64,000 bases of DNA. Source: Escherichia coli. GTDB taxonomy: Bacteria > Pseudomonadota > Gammaproteobacteria > Enterobacterales > Enterobacteriaceae. Both the position numbers and the translations under genes were made by a program. Positions within the stretch are counted from its first letter, which is position 1. Each line of letters starts with the position of its first letter. The DNA is taken from NCBI RefSeq assembly GCF_045037415.1, contig NZ_CP173438.1, one strand, 5' to 3'. Below are positions 37,093 to 49,370 of the stretch, in pieces. Under the pieces are notes generated by a model. It saw only the letters and a list, made by a program, of their open reading frames with translations. It did not search any database and was not told where the DNA came from.

Positions 37093-37744
37093 GTTTCAGA
37101 ATCGGTTAGTGGGCACGATCGTGCTGGTGGCGCTGGGGGTGATTGTACTTCCAGGGCTGCTGGACGGGCAGAAAAAACATTATCAGGATGAGTTCGCGGC
37201 TATCCCGCTGGTGCCGAAAGCGGGCGATCGCGATGAGCCTGATATGATGCCAGCCGCCACCCAGGCGTTGCCGACGCAGCCGCCGGAAGGCGCAGCGGAA
37301 GAGGTGCGGGCAGGCGATGCCGCAGCACCGTCGCTCGATCCGGCCACTATTGCAGCCAATAACACCGAGTTTGAACCGGAACCTGCACCGGTCGTCCCAC
37401 CGAAGCCGAAACCGGTGGAGTCGCCTAAACCGAAGGTTGAAGCACCACCTGCGCCGAAGCCAGAACCGAAGCCGGTCGTGGAAGAAAAAGCAGCGCCAAC
37501 GGGTAAAGCCTATGTTGTGCAACTGGGCGCGCTGAAAAATGCCGATAAAGTGAATGAGATTGTCGGTAAGCTGCGCGGTGCCGGTTATCGGGTTTATACG
37601 TCGCCATCCACGCCAGTGCAGGGTAAAATTACCCGTATTCTGGTTGGGCCAGATGCTTCCAAAGAGAAGCTGAAAGGATCGCTGGGTGAGCTCAAGCAGC
37701 TTTCTGGCTTAAGTGGTGTGGTAATGGGCTATACACCGAATTAA
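37082..37744 (+). CDS. dedD: Cell-division protein DedD (SPOR domain)
   Basis: 220 aa from GTG (VASKFQNRLVGTIV...); TM anchor, Pro/Ala/Glu/Lys-rich linker, C-terminal SPOR-like domain. Confidence 0.85.
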   Translation: MASKFQNRLVGTIVLVALGVIVLPGLLDGQKKHYQDEFAAIPLVPKAGDRDEPDMMPAATQALPTQPPEGAAEEVRAGDAAAPSLDPATIAANNTEFEPEPAPVVPPKPKPVESPKPKVEAPPAPKPEPKPVVEEKAAPTGKAYVVQLGALKNADKVNEIVGKLRGAGYRVYTSPSTPVQGKITRILVGPDASKEKLKGSLGELKQLSGLSGVVMGYTPN

Positions 37745-37752
37745 TACGGTTT

Positions 37753-38025
<273 letters not shown>

Positions 38026-38112
38026 TGCCCGATGCCGCAAAGGCATAAAAAGTCGATGGCGTTGAATATTTTTTCAGCGCCATTTTTATTGATGCGCGGG
38101 AAGGAAATCCCT

Positions 38113-38128
38113 ACGCAAACGTTTTCTT
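38113..38128. promoter_or_regulatory. PurR box upstream of cvpA-purF
   Basis: acgcaaacgttttctt matches the pur operator consensus (aCGCAAACGTTTtCtt). Confidence 0.5.
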
Positions 38129-38184
38129 TTTCTGTTAGAATGCGCCCCGAACAGGATGACAGGGCGTAAAATCGTGGGACACAT

Positions 38185-38673
38185 ATGGTCTGGATTGATT
38201 ACGCCATAATCGCGGTGATTGCTTTTTCCTCTCTGGTTAGCCTGATCCGCGGCTTTGTTCGTGAAGCGTTATCGCTGGTGACATGGGGTTGTGCTTTCTT
38301 TGTTGCCAGTCATTACTACACTTACCTGTCAGTCTGGTTTACGGGCTTTGAAGACGAACTGGTTCGAAATGGGATTGCCATCGCGGTACTGTTTATCGCT
38401 ACCCTGATCGTTGGTGCTATCGTGAACTTCGTGATAGGCCAGTTGGTGGAGAAAACGGGGTTGTCAGGCACCGATCGGGTGTTGGGCGTCTGTTTCGGTG
38501 CCTTGCGCGGTGTGTTGATTGTTGCTGCCATTCTCTTCTTTCTCGACTCCTTTACCGGGGTGTCGAAAAGCGAAGACTGGAGCAAATCACAGCTGATCCC
38601 GCAGTTCAGTTTTATCATCAGATGGTTTTTTGATTATCTGCAAAGCTCGTCAAGTTTCTTGCCCAGAGCGTAA
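38185..38673 (+). CDS. cvpA: Colicin V production membrane protein CvpA
   Basis: 162-aa membrane protein immediately upstream of purF. Confidence 0.9.
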   Translation: MVWIDYAIIAVIAFSSLVSLIRGFVREALSLVTWGCAFFVASHYYTYLSVWFTGFEDELVRNGIAIAVLFIATLIVGAIVNFVIGQLVEKTGLSGTDRVLGVCFGALRGVLIVAAILFFLDSFTGVSKSEDWSKSQLIPQFSFIIRWFFDYLQSSSSFLPRA

Positions 38674-38709
38674 GTGCTCTGAGATGTGGCTTAACGAGGA
38701 AAAAGACGT

Positions 38710-40227
38710 ATGTGCGGTATTGTCGGTATCGCCGGTGTTATGCCGGTTAACCAGTCGATTTATGATGCCTTAACGGTGCTTCAGCATCGCGGTCAGGATG
38801 CCGCCGGCATCATCACCATAGATGCCAATAACTGCTTCCGTTTGCGGAAAGCGAACGGGCTGGTGAGCGATGTATTTGAAGCTCGCCATATGCAGCGTTT
38901 GCAGGGCAATATGGGCATTGGTCATGTGCGTTACCCTACGGCTGGCAGCTCCAGCGCCTCTGAAGCGCAGCCGTTTTACGTTAACTCTCCGTATGGCATT
39001 ACGCTTGCCCACAACGGCAATCTGACCAACGCTCACGAGTTGCGTAAAAAACTGTTTGAAGAAAAACGCCGCCACATCAACACCACTTCCGACTCGGAAA
39101 TTCTGCTTAATATCTTCGCCAGCGAGCTGGACAACTTCCGCCACTACCCGCTGGAAGCCGACAACATTTTCGCCGCCATCGCTGCTACAAACCGCTTAAT
39201 CCGCGGCGCGTATGCCTGTGTGGTGATGATTATCGGCCACGGTATGGTTGCTTTCCGCGATCCTAACGGGATTCGTCCGCTTGTACTGGGCAAACGTGAT
39301 ATTGACGATAATCGCACAGAATATATGGTCGCTTCCGAAAGCGTTGCGCTCGATACGCTGGGCTTTGAGTTCCTGCGTGATGTCGCCCCTGGCGAAGCGA
39401 TTTACATCACTGAAGAAGGGCAGTTGTTTACCCGTCAGTGTGCTGACAATCCGGTCAGCAATCCGTGCCTGTTTGAGTATGTATACTTTGCTCGCCCGGA
39501 CTCGTTCATCGACAAAATTTCCGTTTACAGCGCGCGTGTGAATATGGGCACGAAGCTGGGCGAGAAAATTGCCCGCGAATGGGAAGATCTGGATATCGAC
39601 GTGGTGATCCCGATCCCGGAAACTTCCTGCGATATCGCGCTGGAAATTGCGCGTATTCTGGGCAAACCGTACCGCCAGGGCTTCGTTAAAAACCGCTATG
39701 TTGGCCGCACCTTCATCATGCCGGGTCAGCAGCTGCGTCGTAAGTCCGTGCGCCGTAAACTGAACGCCAACCGCGCCGAGTTCCGCGATAAAAACGTCCT
39801 GCTGGTCGACGACTCTATCGTCCGTGGCACCACTTCTGAGCAGATTATCGAGATGGCACGCGAAGCCGGAGCGAAGAAAGTGTACCTCGCTTCTGCGGCA
39901 CCGGAAATTCGCTTCCCGAACGTTTACGGTATCGATATGCCGAGCGCCACGGAACTGATCGCTCACGGTCGCGAAGTAGATGAAATTCGCCAGATCATCG
40001 GTGCTGACGGGTTGATTTTCCAGGATCTGAACGATCTGATCGAAGCCGTTCGCGCTGAAAACCCGGATATCCAGCAGTTTGAATGCTCGGTGTTCAACGG
40101 CGTCTACGTCACCAAAGACGTTGATCAGGGCTACCTCGATTTCCTCGATACTTTACGTAATGACGACGCCAAAGCAGTGCAACGTCAGAACGAAGTGGAA
40201 AATCTCGAAATGCATAACGAAGGATGA
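38710..40227 (+). CDS. purF: Amidophosphoribosyltransferase PurF
   Basis: 505 aa beginning MCGIVGI (N-terminal nucleophile Cys). Confidence 0.95.
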   Translation: MCGIVGIAGVMPVNQSIYDALTVLQHRGQDAAGIITIDANNCFRLRKANGLVSDVFEARHMQRLQGNMGIGHVRYPTAGSSSASEAQPFYVNSPYGITLAHNGNLTNAHELRKKLFEEKRRHINTTSDSEILLNIFASELDNFRHYPLEADNIFAAIAATNRLIRGAYACVVMIIGHGMVAFRDPNGIRPLVLGKRDIDDNRTEYMVASESVALDTLGFEFLRDVAPGEAIYITEEGQLFTRQCADNPVSNPCLFEYVYFARPDSFIDKISVYSARVNMGTKLGEKIAREWEDLDIDVVIPIPETSCDIALEIARILGKPYRQGFVKNRYVGRTFIMPGQQLRRKSVRRKLNANRAEFRDKNVLLVDDSIVRGTTSEQIIEMAREAGAKKVYLASAAPEIRFPNVYGIDMPSATELIAHGREVDEIRQIIGADGLIFQDLNDLIEAVRAENPDIQQFECSVFNGVYVTKDVDQGYLDFLDTLRNDDAKAVQRQNEVENLEMHNEG

Positions 40228-40321
40228 TGCCTTCGCTCAGGGTGCCGGTCTGGCACCCTGACTTGCAACTCCCGCCGAAATCCTGCAAAGTCTGCCTGCA
40301 AGTCTGACAGGGCAACTATTT

Positions 40322-40891
40322 ATGAAACGACTCATTGTAGGCATCAGCGGTGCCAGCGGCGCGATTTATGGCGTGCGTTTATTACAGGTTCTGCGCGATG
40401 TCACAGATATCGAAACGCATCTGGTAATGAGCCAGGCGGCGCGCCAGACCTTATCCCTCGAAACGGATTTTTCCCTGCGCGAAGTGCAGGCGTTAGCTGA
40501 TGTGACACACGATGCGCGCGATATTGCTGCCAGCATTTCTTCCGGTTCTTTCCAGACGTTGGGGATGGTGATTTTACCCTGTTCAATCAAAACCCTGTCC
40601 GGCATTGTCCATAGCTATACTGATGGCTTACTGACCCGTGCGGCAGATGTGGTGCTGAAAGAGCGTCGCCCGTTGGTGCTCTGCGTGCGTGAAACGCCAC
40701 TGCACTTAGGCCATCTGCGTTTAATGACTCAGGCGGCAGAAATCGGTGCGGTGATTATGCCTCCCGTTCCGGCGTTTTATCATCGCCCACAATCCCTTGA
40801 TGATGTGATAAATCAGACGGTTAATCGTGTTCTTGACCAGTTTGCGGTAACCCTTCCTGAAGATCTCTTTGCCCGCTGGCAGGGCGCATAA
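40322..40891 (+). CDS. ubiX: Flavin prenyltransferase UbiX
   Basis: 189 aa, N-terminal GISGASGA flavoprotein motif. Confidence 0.9.
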   Translation: MKRLIVGISGASGAIYGVRLLQVLRDVTDIETHLVMSQAARQTLSLETDFSLREVQALADVTHDARDIAASISSGSFQTLGMVILPCSIKTLSGIVHSYTDGLLTRAADVVLKERRPLVLCVRETPLHLGHLRLMTQAAEIGAVIMPPVPAFYHRPQSLDDVINQTVNRVLDQFAVTLPEDLFARWQGA

Positions 40892-41071
40892 CTCCGCTGT
40901 TGCCCTGTTTCAGGGCAATTTTGCAACCGCGATCAAATCCTCGACATTTTGTTTCTGCCATTCAATCGAAACGCTGCGATTCAACCGCTATACCTGCTAT
41001 CTTCAACTTTAGGACAATAATGCAACTTCTTATTAACATATTTAACGTTGAATGTTACTGCTGTCGTCAAG

Positions 41072-41088
41072 ATGGCATAAGACCTGCA
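41072..41088 (+). promoter_or_regulatory. Sigma-54 (-24/-12) promoter upstream of argT
   Basis: TGGCAT-aagac-CTGCA, with GG and GC separated by 10 nt, about 70 bp upstream of the argT start. Confidence 0.45.
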
Positions 41089-41156
41089 TGAAAGAGCCTG
41101 CAAACACACAACACAATACACAACATAAAAAAGCCATTTTCACTTGAGGGTTATGT

Positions 41157-41939
41157 ATGAAGAAGTCGATTCTCGCTCTGTCTTTGTTAGTCGGTCTCTC
41201 CGCAGCGGCTTCCAGCTATGCGGCGCTACCGGAGACGGTACGTATCGGAACCGATACCACCTACGCACCGTTCTCATCGAAAGATGCCAAAGGTGACTTT
41301 GTTGGCTTTGATATCGATCTCGGTAACGAGATGTGCAAACGGATGCAGGTGAAATGTACCTGGGTTGCCAGCGACTTTGACGCGCTGATCCCCTCACTGA
41401 AAGCGAAAAAAATCGACGCCATTATTTCGTCGCTCTCCATTACCGATAAACGTCAGCAGGAGATTGCTTTCTCCGACAAGCTGTACGCCGCAGATTCTCG
41501 TTTGATTGCCGCCAAAGGTTCACCGATTCAGCCAACGCTGGATTCACTGAAAGGTAAACATGTTGGTGTGCTGCAGGGATCAACCCAGGAAGCTTACGCT
41601 AACGAGACCTGGCGTAGCAAAGGCGTGGATGTGGTGGCCTATGCCAACCAGGATTTAGTCTATTCCGATCTGGCTGCAGGACGTCTGGATGCTGCGTTAC
41701 AAGATGAAGTTGCTGCCAGCGAAGGTTTCCTTAAGCAACCCGCCGGTAAAGATTTCGCCTTTGCAGGCCCATCAGTGAAAGACAAAAAATACTTCGGTGA
41801 CGGCACCGGTGTAGGGCTACGTAAAGATGATGCGGAACTGACGGCTGCGTTTAATAAGGCGCTTGGCGAGCTGCGTCAGGACGGCACCTACGACAAGATG
41901 GCGAAAAAGTATTTTGACTTTAATGTCTACGGTGACTGA
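41157..41939 (+). CDS. argT: Lysine/arginine/ornithine periplasmic binding protein ArgT
   Basis: 260 aa with signal peptide; about 70% identical to HisJ encoded just downstream. Confidence 0.9.
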   Translation: MKKSILALSLLVGLSAAASSYAALPETVRIGTDTTYAPFSSKDAKGDFVGFDIDLGNEMCKRMQVKCTWVASDFDALIPSLKAKKIDAIISSLSITDKRQQEIAFSDKLYAADSRLIAAKGSPIQPTLDSLKGKHVGVLQGSTQEAYANETWRSKGVDVVAYANQDLVYSDLAAGRLDAALQDEVAASEGFLKQPAGKDFAFAGPSVKDKKYFGDGTGVGLRKDDAELTAAFNKALGELRQDGTYDKMAKKYFDFNVYGD

Positions 41940-41997
41940 TACGTCGCAGGGAAGCTGTACCTGATGGAATGATCATCATGGTGCACGCCAGGTTTGT

Positions 41998-42014
41998 TGC
42001 ACTATCGTGGTGCA
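41998..42014. promoter_or_regulatory. NtrC-like dyad in argT-hisJ intergenic region
   Basis: TGCACtatcgtGGTGCA resembles TGCACCA-N3-TGGTGCA. Confidence 0.3.
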
Positions 42015-42159
42015 TTGAAATGCATACTTAAGCATTTTTAATGAAAAATAATACGTCTAGCGGGGCGGGATATTTTGCCTTGATGGTCAATTTTATGGCA
42101 CGATAAGTGTAACAAACCTGTAAATATTCCCGATAAAAAGACTGTCAGTTGAGGACATT

Positions 42160-42942
42160 ATGAAAAAACTGGTGCTATCGCTCTCTCTGGTTCTGGCCTT
42201 CTCCAGCGCAACTGCAGCATTTGCTGCGATTCCGCAAAACATCCGCATCGGTACCGATCCGACCTATGCGCCATTTGAATCAAAAAATTCACAAGGTGAA
42301 CTGGTTGGCTTCGATATCGATCTGGCCAAGGAGTTGTGCAAACGCATCAATACGCAATGTACGTTTGTCGAAAACCCACTGGATGCGTTAATCCCGTCCT
42401 TAAAAGCGAAGAAGATTGACGCCATCATGTCATCGCTTTCCATTACGGAAAAACGTCAGCAAGAAATAGCCTTCACCGACAAACTGTACGCAGCCGATTC
42501 TCGTCTGGTGGTGGCGAAAAATTCCGACATTCAGCCGACAGTCGAATCGCTGAAAGGCAAACGGGTAGGCGTATTGCAGGGCACCACCCAGGAGACGTTC
42601 GGTAACGAACACTGGGCACCAAAAGGCATTGAAATCGTTTCTTATCAGGGGCAGGACAACATTTATTCTGACCTGACTGCCGGACGTATTGATGCCGCGT
42701 TCCAGGATGAGGTCGCAGCCAGCGAAGGTTTCCTCAAACAACCCGTCGGTAAAGATTACAAATTCGGTGGCCCGTCTGTTAAAGATGAAAAACTGTTTGG
42801 CGTAGGGACCGGCATGGGCCTGCGTAAAGAAGATAACGAACTGCGCGAGGCACTGAACAAAGCCTTTGCCGAAATGCGCGCTGACGGTACTTACGAGAAA
42901 TTAGCGAAAAAGTACTTCGATTTTGATGTTTATGGTGGTTAA
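42160..42942 (+). CDS. hisJ: Histidine periplasmic binding protein HisJ
   Basis: 260 aa with signal peptide; first gene of hisJQMP. Confidence 0.9.
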   Translation: MKKLVLSLSLVLAFSSATAAFAAIPQNIRIGTDPTYAPFESKNSQGELVGFDIDLAKELCKRINTQCTFVENPLDALIPSLKAKKIDAIMSSLSITEKRQQEIAFTDKLYAADSRLVVAKNSDIQPTVESLKGKRVGVLQGTTQETFGNEHWAPKGIEIVSYQGQDNIYSDLTAGRIDAAFQDEVAASEGFLKQPVGKDYKFGGPSVKDEKLFGVGTGMGLRKEDNELREALNKAFAEMRADGTYEKLAKKYFDFDVYGG

Positions 42943-43031
42943 TCGCCATCGGTGAAAGAAAGCCCGCTCCCTTCGGGTAACCGGAGGGAGACAAGAGGCG
43001 GTAATTCACCACACACGACAGGACAGGCAGC

Positions 43032-43718
43032 ATGTTGTATGGGTTTTCAAGTGTTATTTTACAGGGTGCGCTCGTCACGCTGGAGCTGGCTATCAGCTCT
43101 GTAGTGCTCGCTGTAATCATCGGTTTAATTGGCGCTGGCGGTAAGCTCTCACAAAATCGGCTTTCGGGCCTTATTTTCGAAGGGTACACCACGCTGATTC
43201 GAGGCGTGCCGGATTTAGTATTGATGCTGCTGATTTTCTACGGTTTGCAGATTGCGCTAAACACGGTGACGGAGGCGATGGGCGTCGGGCAGATTGATAT
43301 TGATCCGATGGTCGCAGGTATTATCACTCTCGGTTTTATCTACGGTGCTTATTTTACCGAAACGTTTCGTGGCGCGTTTATGGCAGTGCCGAAAGGACAT
43401 ATAGAGGCGGCGACGGCGTTCGGTTTTACTCGTGGGCAAGTGTTTCGGCGGATCATGTTTCCGGCGATGATGCGTTACGCCCTGCCAGGCATTGGCAACA
43501 ACTGGCAGGTGATCCTCAAATCTACCGCACTGGTTTCGTTACTCGGCCTGGAAGATGTGGTCAAAGCCACGCAGCTGGCAGGCAAAAGTACCTGGGAACC
43601 GTTCTATTTCGCTATCGTCTGCGGCGTGATTTATCTTGTTTTCACCACCGTTTCCAATGGTGTGCTGCTGTTCCTTGAGCGCCGCTACTCCGTGGGTGTG
43701 AAGAGGGCTGACCTGTGA
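43032..43718 (+). CDS. hisQ: Histidine ABC transporter permease HisQ
   Basis: 228-aa ABC permease. Confidence 0.9.
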   Translation: MLYGFSSVILQGALVTLELAISSVVLAVIIGLIGAGGKLSQNRLSGLIFEGYTTLIRGVPDLVLMLLIFYGLQIALNTVTEAMGVGQIDIDPMVAGIITLGFIYGAYFTETFRGAFMAVPKGHIEAATAFGFTRGQVFRRIMFPAMMRYALPGIGNNWQVILKSTALVSLLGLEDVVKATQLAGKSTWEPFYFAIVCGVIYLVFTTVSNGVLLFLERRYSVGVKRADL

Positions 43719-44431
43719 TCGAAATCTTACATGAATACTGGAAACCACTGCTGTGGACTGACGGTTATCGCTTTACTGGCGTGGCGATCACCCTGTGGCT
43801 GCTGATTTTGTCGGTAGTGATAGGCGGAGTTCTGGCGCTGTTTCTGGCGATTGGTCGCGTCTCAAGTAATAAATACATCCAGTTTCCAATCTGGTTATTT
43901 ACCTATATTTTTCGCGGTACGCCGCTGTATGTTCAGTTGCTGGTGTTCTATTCCGGCATGTACACGCTGGAGATTGTTAAGGGAACCGAGTTCCTTAACG
44001 CCTTTTTTCGCAGTGGCCTGAACTGTACCGTGCTGGCGCTGACGCTTAACACCTGCGCTTACACTACCGAGATTTTTGCCGGGGCAATCCGTTCAGTGCC
44101 GCATGGGGAAATTGAAGCCGCCAGAGCCTATGGCTTCTCGACCTTTAAAATGTATCGCTGCATTATTTTGCCTTCTGCGCTGCGTATTGCGTTACCGGCA
44201 TACAGCAACGAAGTGATCCTGATGCTGCACTCTACTGCGCTGGCATTTACTGCCACGGTGCCGGATCTGCTGAAAATTGCCCGCGATATTAACGCCGCCA
44301 CATATCAACCTTTTACCGCTTTCGGCATTGCCGCGGTGCTCTATTTAATCATCTCTTATGTTCTGATCAGCCTCTTTCGTAGAGCTGAAAAACGCTGGTT
44401 GCAGCATGTGAAACCTTCTTCAACGCACTGA
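43715..44431 (+). CDS. hisM: Histidine ABC transporter permease HisM
   Basis: 238-aa permease; 4-nt overlap with hisQ. Confidence 0.9.
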   Translation: MIEILHEYWKPLLWTDGYRFTGVAITLWLLILSVVIGGVLALFLAIGRVSSNKYIQFPIWLFTYIFRGTPLYVQLLVFYSGMYTLEIVKGTEFLNAFFRSGLNCTVLALTLNTCAYTTEIFAGAIRSVPHGEIEAARAYGFSTFKMYRCIILPSALRIALPAYSNEVILMLHSTALAFTATVPDLLKIARDINAATYQPFTAFGIAAVLYLIISYVLISLFRRAEKRWLQHVKPSSTH

Positions 44432-44438
44432 GAATACG

Positions 44439-45212
44439 ATGTCCGAGAATAAATTAAACGTTATCGATTTGCACAAACGCTACGGCGAACACGAAGTGCT
44501 GAAAGGGGTCTCATTGCAAGCGAATGCCGGAGATGTCATAAGCATCATCGGATCGTCGGGATCGGGGAAAAGTACCTTTCTGCGCTGCATTAACTTCCTC
44601 GAAAAACCGAGCGATGGATCGATCGTGGTCAATGGCCAGACGATCAATCTGGTGCGCGATAAAGATGGTCAACTCAAAGTCGCCGATAAAAATCAGCTGC
44701 GCTTATTGCGCACACGCCTGACGATGGTATTTCAGCACTTCAATCTCTGGAGCCATATGACGGTGCTGGAAAACGTCATGGAAGCGCCGATTCAGGTGTT
44801 GGGCCTGAGCAAGCAGGAAGCGCGCGAGCGGGCGGTGAAGTATCTGGCAAAAGTCGGGATAGACGAACGTGCGCAGGGGAAATACCCGGTGCACCTGTCC
44901 GGTGGTCAGCAACAGCGTGTTTCTATCGCGCGGGCGCTAGCGATGGAACCGGAAGTTTTACTGTTTGATGAACCTACTTCAGCGCTCGATCCTGAACTGG
45001 TAGGCGAAGTGTTGCGTATTATGCAGCAACTGGCAGAAGAGGGGAAAACCATGGTGGTAGTGACTCACGAAATGGGCTTTGCTCGTCATGTTTCTACTCA
45101 CGTCATTTTCCTCCATCAGGGGAAAATAGAAGAAGAAGGGGCGCCGGAGCAGTTATTCGGTAACCCGCAAAGCCCTCGTCTGCAACAGTTCCTTAAAGGT
45201 TCGCTGAAATAA
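44439..45212 (+). CDS. hisP: Histidine ABC transporter ATPase HisP
   Basis: 257 aa; Walker [10 protein letters not shown], signature LSGGQQQR, Walker [12 protein letters not shown]. Confidence 0.95.
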   Translation: MSENKLNVIDLHKRYGEHEVLKGVSLQANAGDVISIIGSSGSGKSTFLRCINFLEKPSDGSIVVNGQTINLVRDKDGQLKVADKNQLRLLRTRLTMVFQHFNLWSHMTVLENVMEAPIQVLGLSKQEARERAVKYLAKVGIDERAQGKYPVHLSGGQQQRVSIARALAMEPEVLLFDEPTSALDPELVGEVLRIMQQLAEEGKTMVVVTHEMGFARHVSTHVIFLHQGKIEEEGAPEQLFGNPQSPRLQQFLKGSLK

Positions 45213-45370
45213 TTTCCTCTCCGGTGGTTAACGCTGCCGGAGTATTTCATGGGGAATTTGCGAGTCCGCTTCCGCTGAAATGTAAAAGTTGCAGTCCGCT
45301 AAAAATAGTTCTGAATTATCTATATTTATTCATCAGCGTTTCCGCTGGCGGATGTTTGCAGTAAACCACA

Positions 45371-46264
45371 TCAGCGAACGACATCCGCCAGCGCCTCTTC
45401 TAAATCGTACCAGCGAAACGCAAAACCCGCTTCTTCCAGCTTTTTTGGCAGCGCGCGTTGTCCACCTAATACCAGTACTGAAGATTCGCCCATTAACAGT
45501 CGAATGGCGGTCGCGGGGACGCGCAAAATGGTCGGGCGATGCAGCGCATGACCGAGCGCATGGGCAAATTGTTCATTGCGTACCGGGTAGGGCGAAACCA
45601 TATTAAATGGCCCGCGCAGCTCGTTATCCAGCAGCCAGAGAATGCCGTTGACCATATCATCAATATGAATCCAGGCCAGATACTGCCGACCGGAGCCAAT
45701 CGGCCCGCCCAGGCCAAAACGAAATGGCGGCAGCATTTTACCGAGGATACCACCGTCTGGTGCCAGCACTACGCCGGTACGCAGCAGGCACACTCGCGTT
45801 TTGTCACTTTGCGCCCGACAGGCAATCTCTTCCCAGCGGGCGCAGAGTTTATGGGTAAATTCGTTATGCGGCGGTTCCTCTTCGGTAACCACCACTTCAC
45901 CTAAGTCGCCATAATAGCCCGTTGCCGAGCCGGAAATGAGTACCGACGGTGGCGTGTCGCTGGCATTAATCAAATCGACCAGTTTTTGCGTGGTATTCCA
46001 GCGGCTTTGGCAGAGACGCTCTTTTCGCTCGTGAGTCCAGCGTTTATCAGCAATCGGTTCTCCGGCCAGGTTGATTACCGCATCAACGCCGTTGAGGTTG
46101 CTTTGTTCGGCAAGCCCTTGCCATAGTGTCACTCGGGGGCCGAGAACGGAACTGGCTTTCTGCGGGTTACGCGTCACTACCGTGATTTGATGGCCCAGGT
46201 CCAGCAAACGTGGAATCAAATGGCGACCAATTAATCCCGTCCCTCCGGTGATCACTATGTTCAT
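45371..46264 (-). CDS. yfcH: NAD-dependent epimerase-family protein
   Basis: 297 aa; N-terminal ITGGTGLIG Rossmann motif. Confidence 0.85.
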   Translation of the reverse strand: MNIVITGGTGLIGRHLIPRLLDLGHQITVVTRNPQKASSVLGPRVTLWQGLAEQSNLNGVDAVINLAGEPIADKRWTHERKERLCQSRWNTTQKLVDLINASDTPPSVLISGSATGYYGDLGEVVVTEEEPPHNEFTHKLCARWEEIACRAQSDKTRVCLLRTGVVLAPDGGILGKMLPPFRFGLGGPIGSGRQYLAWIHIDDMVNGILWLLDNELRGPFNMVSPYPVRNEQFAHALGHALHRPTILRVPATAIRLLMGESSVLVLGGQRALPKKLEEAGFAFRWYDLEEALADVVR

Positions 46265-46284
46265 GCAGCCTCCCGATATGGTGG

Positions 46285-46647
46285 TTAACGCTGCCAGCTT
46301 AAGGTCATGGATACCGAATCGGTGTAGCGCAGCGCGTGCAGTTTATCGATCTCCACTTCAGCATACGTCACCCAGTGATGTTCGCGTGCGATATCGAGCA
46401 CATCCTGAGTTAATTTTTCCAGCAAAGAGAAACGGTTATTCTCTACATGCTGAATAATGTTTTTCGTTACGGTGCGATAATTCAGCGCATCGTTGATATC
46501 TTCGCTAGTGCGCGCTTTATCGGCGGGGTAGTGGATCGTCACATTGATAACAATATCCTGACGGTTGTTAATTTCTTCTTCCTTAATTCCGATAAACGTA
46601 CGTAAACGAAGGTTCTTTATACGAATAATAGCGGCAGGTTGTGCCAT
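46285..46647 (-). CDS. folX: Dihydroneopterin triphosphate 2'-epimerase FolX
   Basis: 120 aa beginning [20 protein letters not shown]. Confidence 0.9.
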   Translation of the reverse strand: MAQPAAIIRIKNLRLRTFIGIKEEEINNRQDIVINVTIHYPADKARTSEDINDALNYRTVTKNIIQHVENNRFSLLEKLTQDVLDIAREHHWVTYAEVEIDKLHALRYTDSVSMTLSWQR

Positions 46648-46703
46648 TGCAGGTTCTCCGTTGTTTTACTTAGAATGAAATAATACACGAGAACCTGTTT
46701 CTG

Positions 46704-48180
<1,477 letters not shown>

Positions 48181-48183
48181 TGA

Positions 48184-48738
48184 GTGATGAAACTGATGTT
48201 TGCATCGGACATTCATGGGTCGTTACCGGCGACGGAACGTGTTCTGGAGTTGTTTGCCCAAAGCGGTGCCCAGTGGCTGGTGATCCTTGGCGACGTGTTG
48301 AATCATGGCCCGCGTAATGCTTTACCGGAGGGTTACGCGCCAGCCAAAGTCGCTGAACGGCTTAATGAAGTGGCACATAAGGTTATCGCTGTGCGCGGCA
48401 ACTGCGACAGCGAAGTGGATCAAATGCTGCTGCATTTCCCGATAACCGCGCCGTGGCAACAGGTATTACTGGAAAAACAACGTCTGTTTTTGACGCATGG
48501 TCATCTTTTTGGCCCGGAAAATCTACCTGCTTTAAACCAGAACGATGTGCTGGTGTACGGTCATACCCATCTGCCAGTGGCAGAACAGCGGGGGGAGATT
48601 TTCCACTTCAACCCCGGCTCGGTGAGTATTCCGAAAGGCGGTAATCCGGCGAGTTATGGCATGCTGGATAATGACGTACTTAGTGTAATCGCACTCAATG
48701 ATCAAAGTATCATTGCGCAGGTCGCGATTAATCCGTAA
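48184..48738 (+). CDS. yfcE: Mn-dependent phosphodiesterase (calcineurin-like)
   Basis: 184 aa; metallophosphatase motifs DIHG, GDVLNHG, GNCD, GHTH. Confidence 0.85.
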   Translation: MMKLMFASDIHGSLPATERVLELFAQSGAQWLVILGDVLNHGPRNALPEGYAPAKVAERLNEVAHKVIAVRGNCDSEVDQMLLHFPITAPWQQVLLEKQRLFLTHGHLFGPENLPALNQNDVLVYGHTHLPVAEQRGEIFHFNPGSVSIPKGGNPASYGMLDNDVLSVIALNDQSIIAQVAINP

Positions 48739-48795
48739 TTTACCCACAACTCAAAATGCGCCGTAAGAGCGCCAGAAAAAGAAGGTTTCCTGATA

Positions 48796-49338
48796 ATGGA
48801 ACAGCGTCGTTTGGCAAGTACTGAATGGGTGGATATTGTCAATGAAGAGAACGAAGTCATTGCACAAGCCAGCCGGGAACAAATGCGGGCACAGTGTCTG
48901 CGTCATCGTGCAACTTATATCGTCGTGCATGATGGCATGGGCAAAATTCTGGTCCAGCGTCGTACCGAGACAAAAGACTTTTTACCCGGCATGTTAGATG
49001 CGACCGCAGGCGGTGTAGTCCAGGCCGATGAGCAGCTGCTGGAATCCGCGCGTCGCGAAGCGGAAGAAGAGTTGGGCATTGCCGGTGTCCCCTTTGCCGA
49101 GCACGGGCAGTTCTATTTCGAAGATAAAAATTGCCGTGTCTGGGGCGCGTTGTTCAGCTGCGTCTCTCACGGTCCCTTCGCTCTACAGGAAGATGAAGTC
49201 AGTGAAGTTTGCTGGCTGACGCCGGAAGAAATCACCGCACGCTGCGATGAGTTCACTCCAGACTCGCTGAAAGCGCTGGCGTTGTGGATGAAGCGCAATG
49301 CCAAAAATGAAGCCGTCGAGACTGAAACGGCAGAATGA
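48796..49338 (+). CDS. yfcD: Nudix hydrolase
   Basis: 180 aa; Nudix box ([10 protein letters not shown]). Confidence 0.8.
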
Positions 49339-49342
49339 AAAA

Positions 49343-49362
49343 AGAGCCGCAATCGCGGCTCT
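49343..49362. terminator. Bidirectional terminator between yfcD and yfcC
   Basis: aagagccgc-aat-cgcggctctt between convergent genes. Confidence 0.5.
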
Positions 49363-49370
49363 TAACATTT

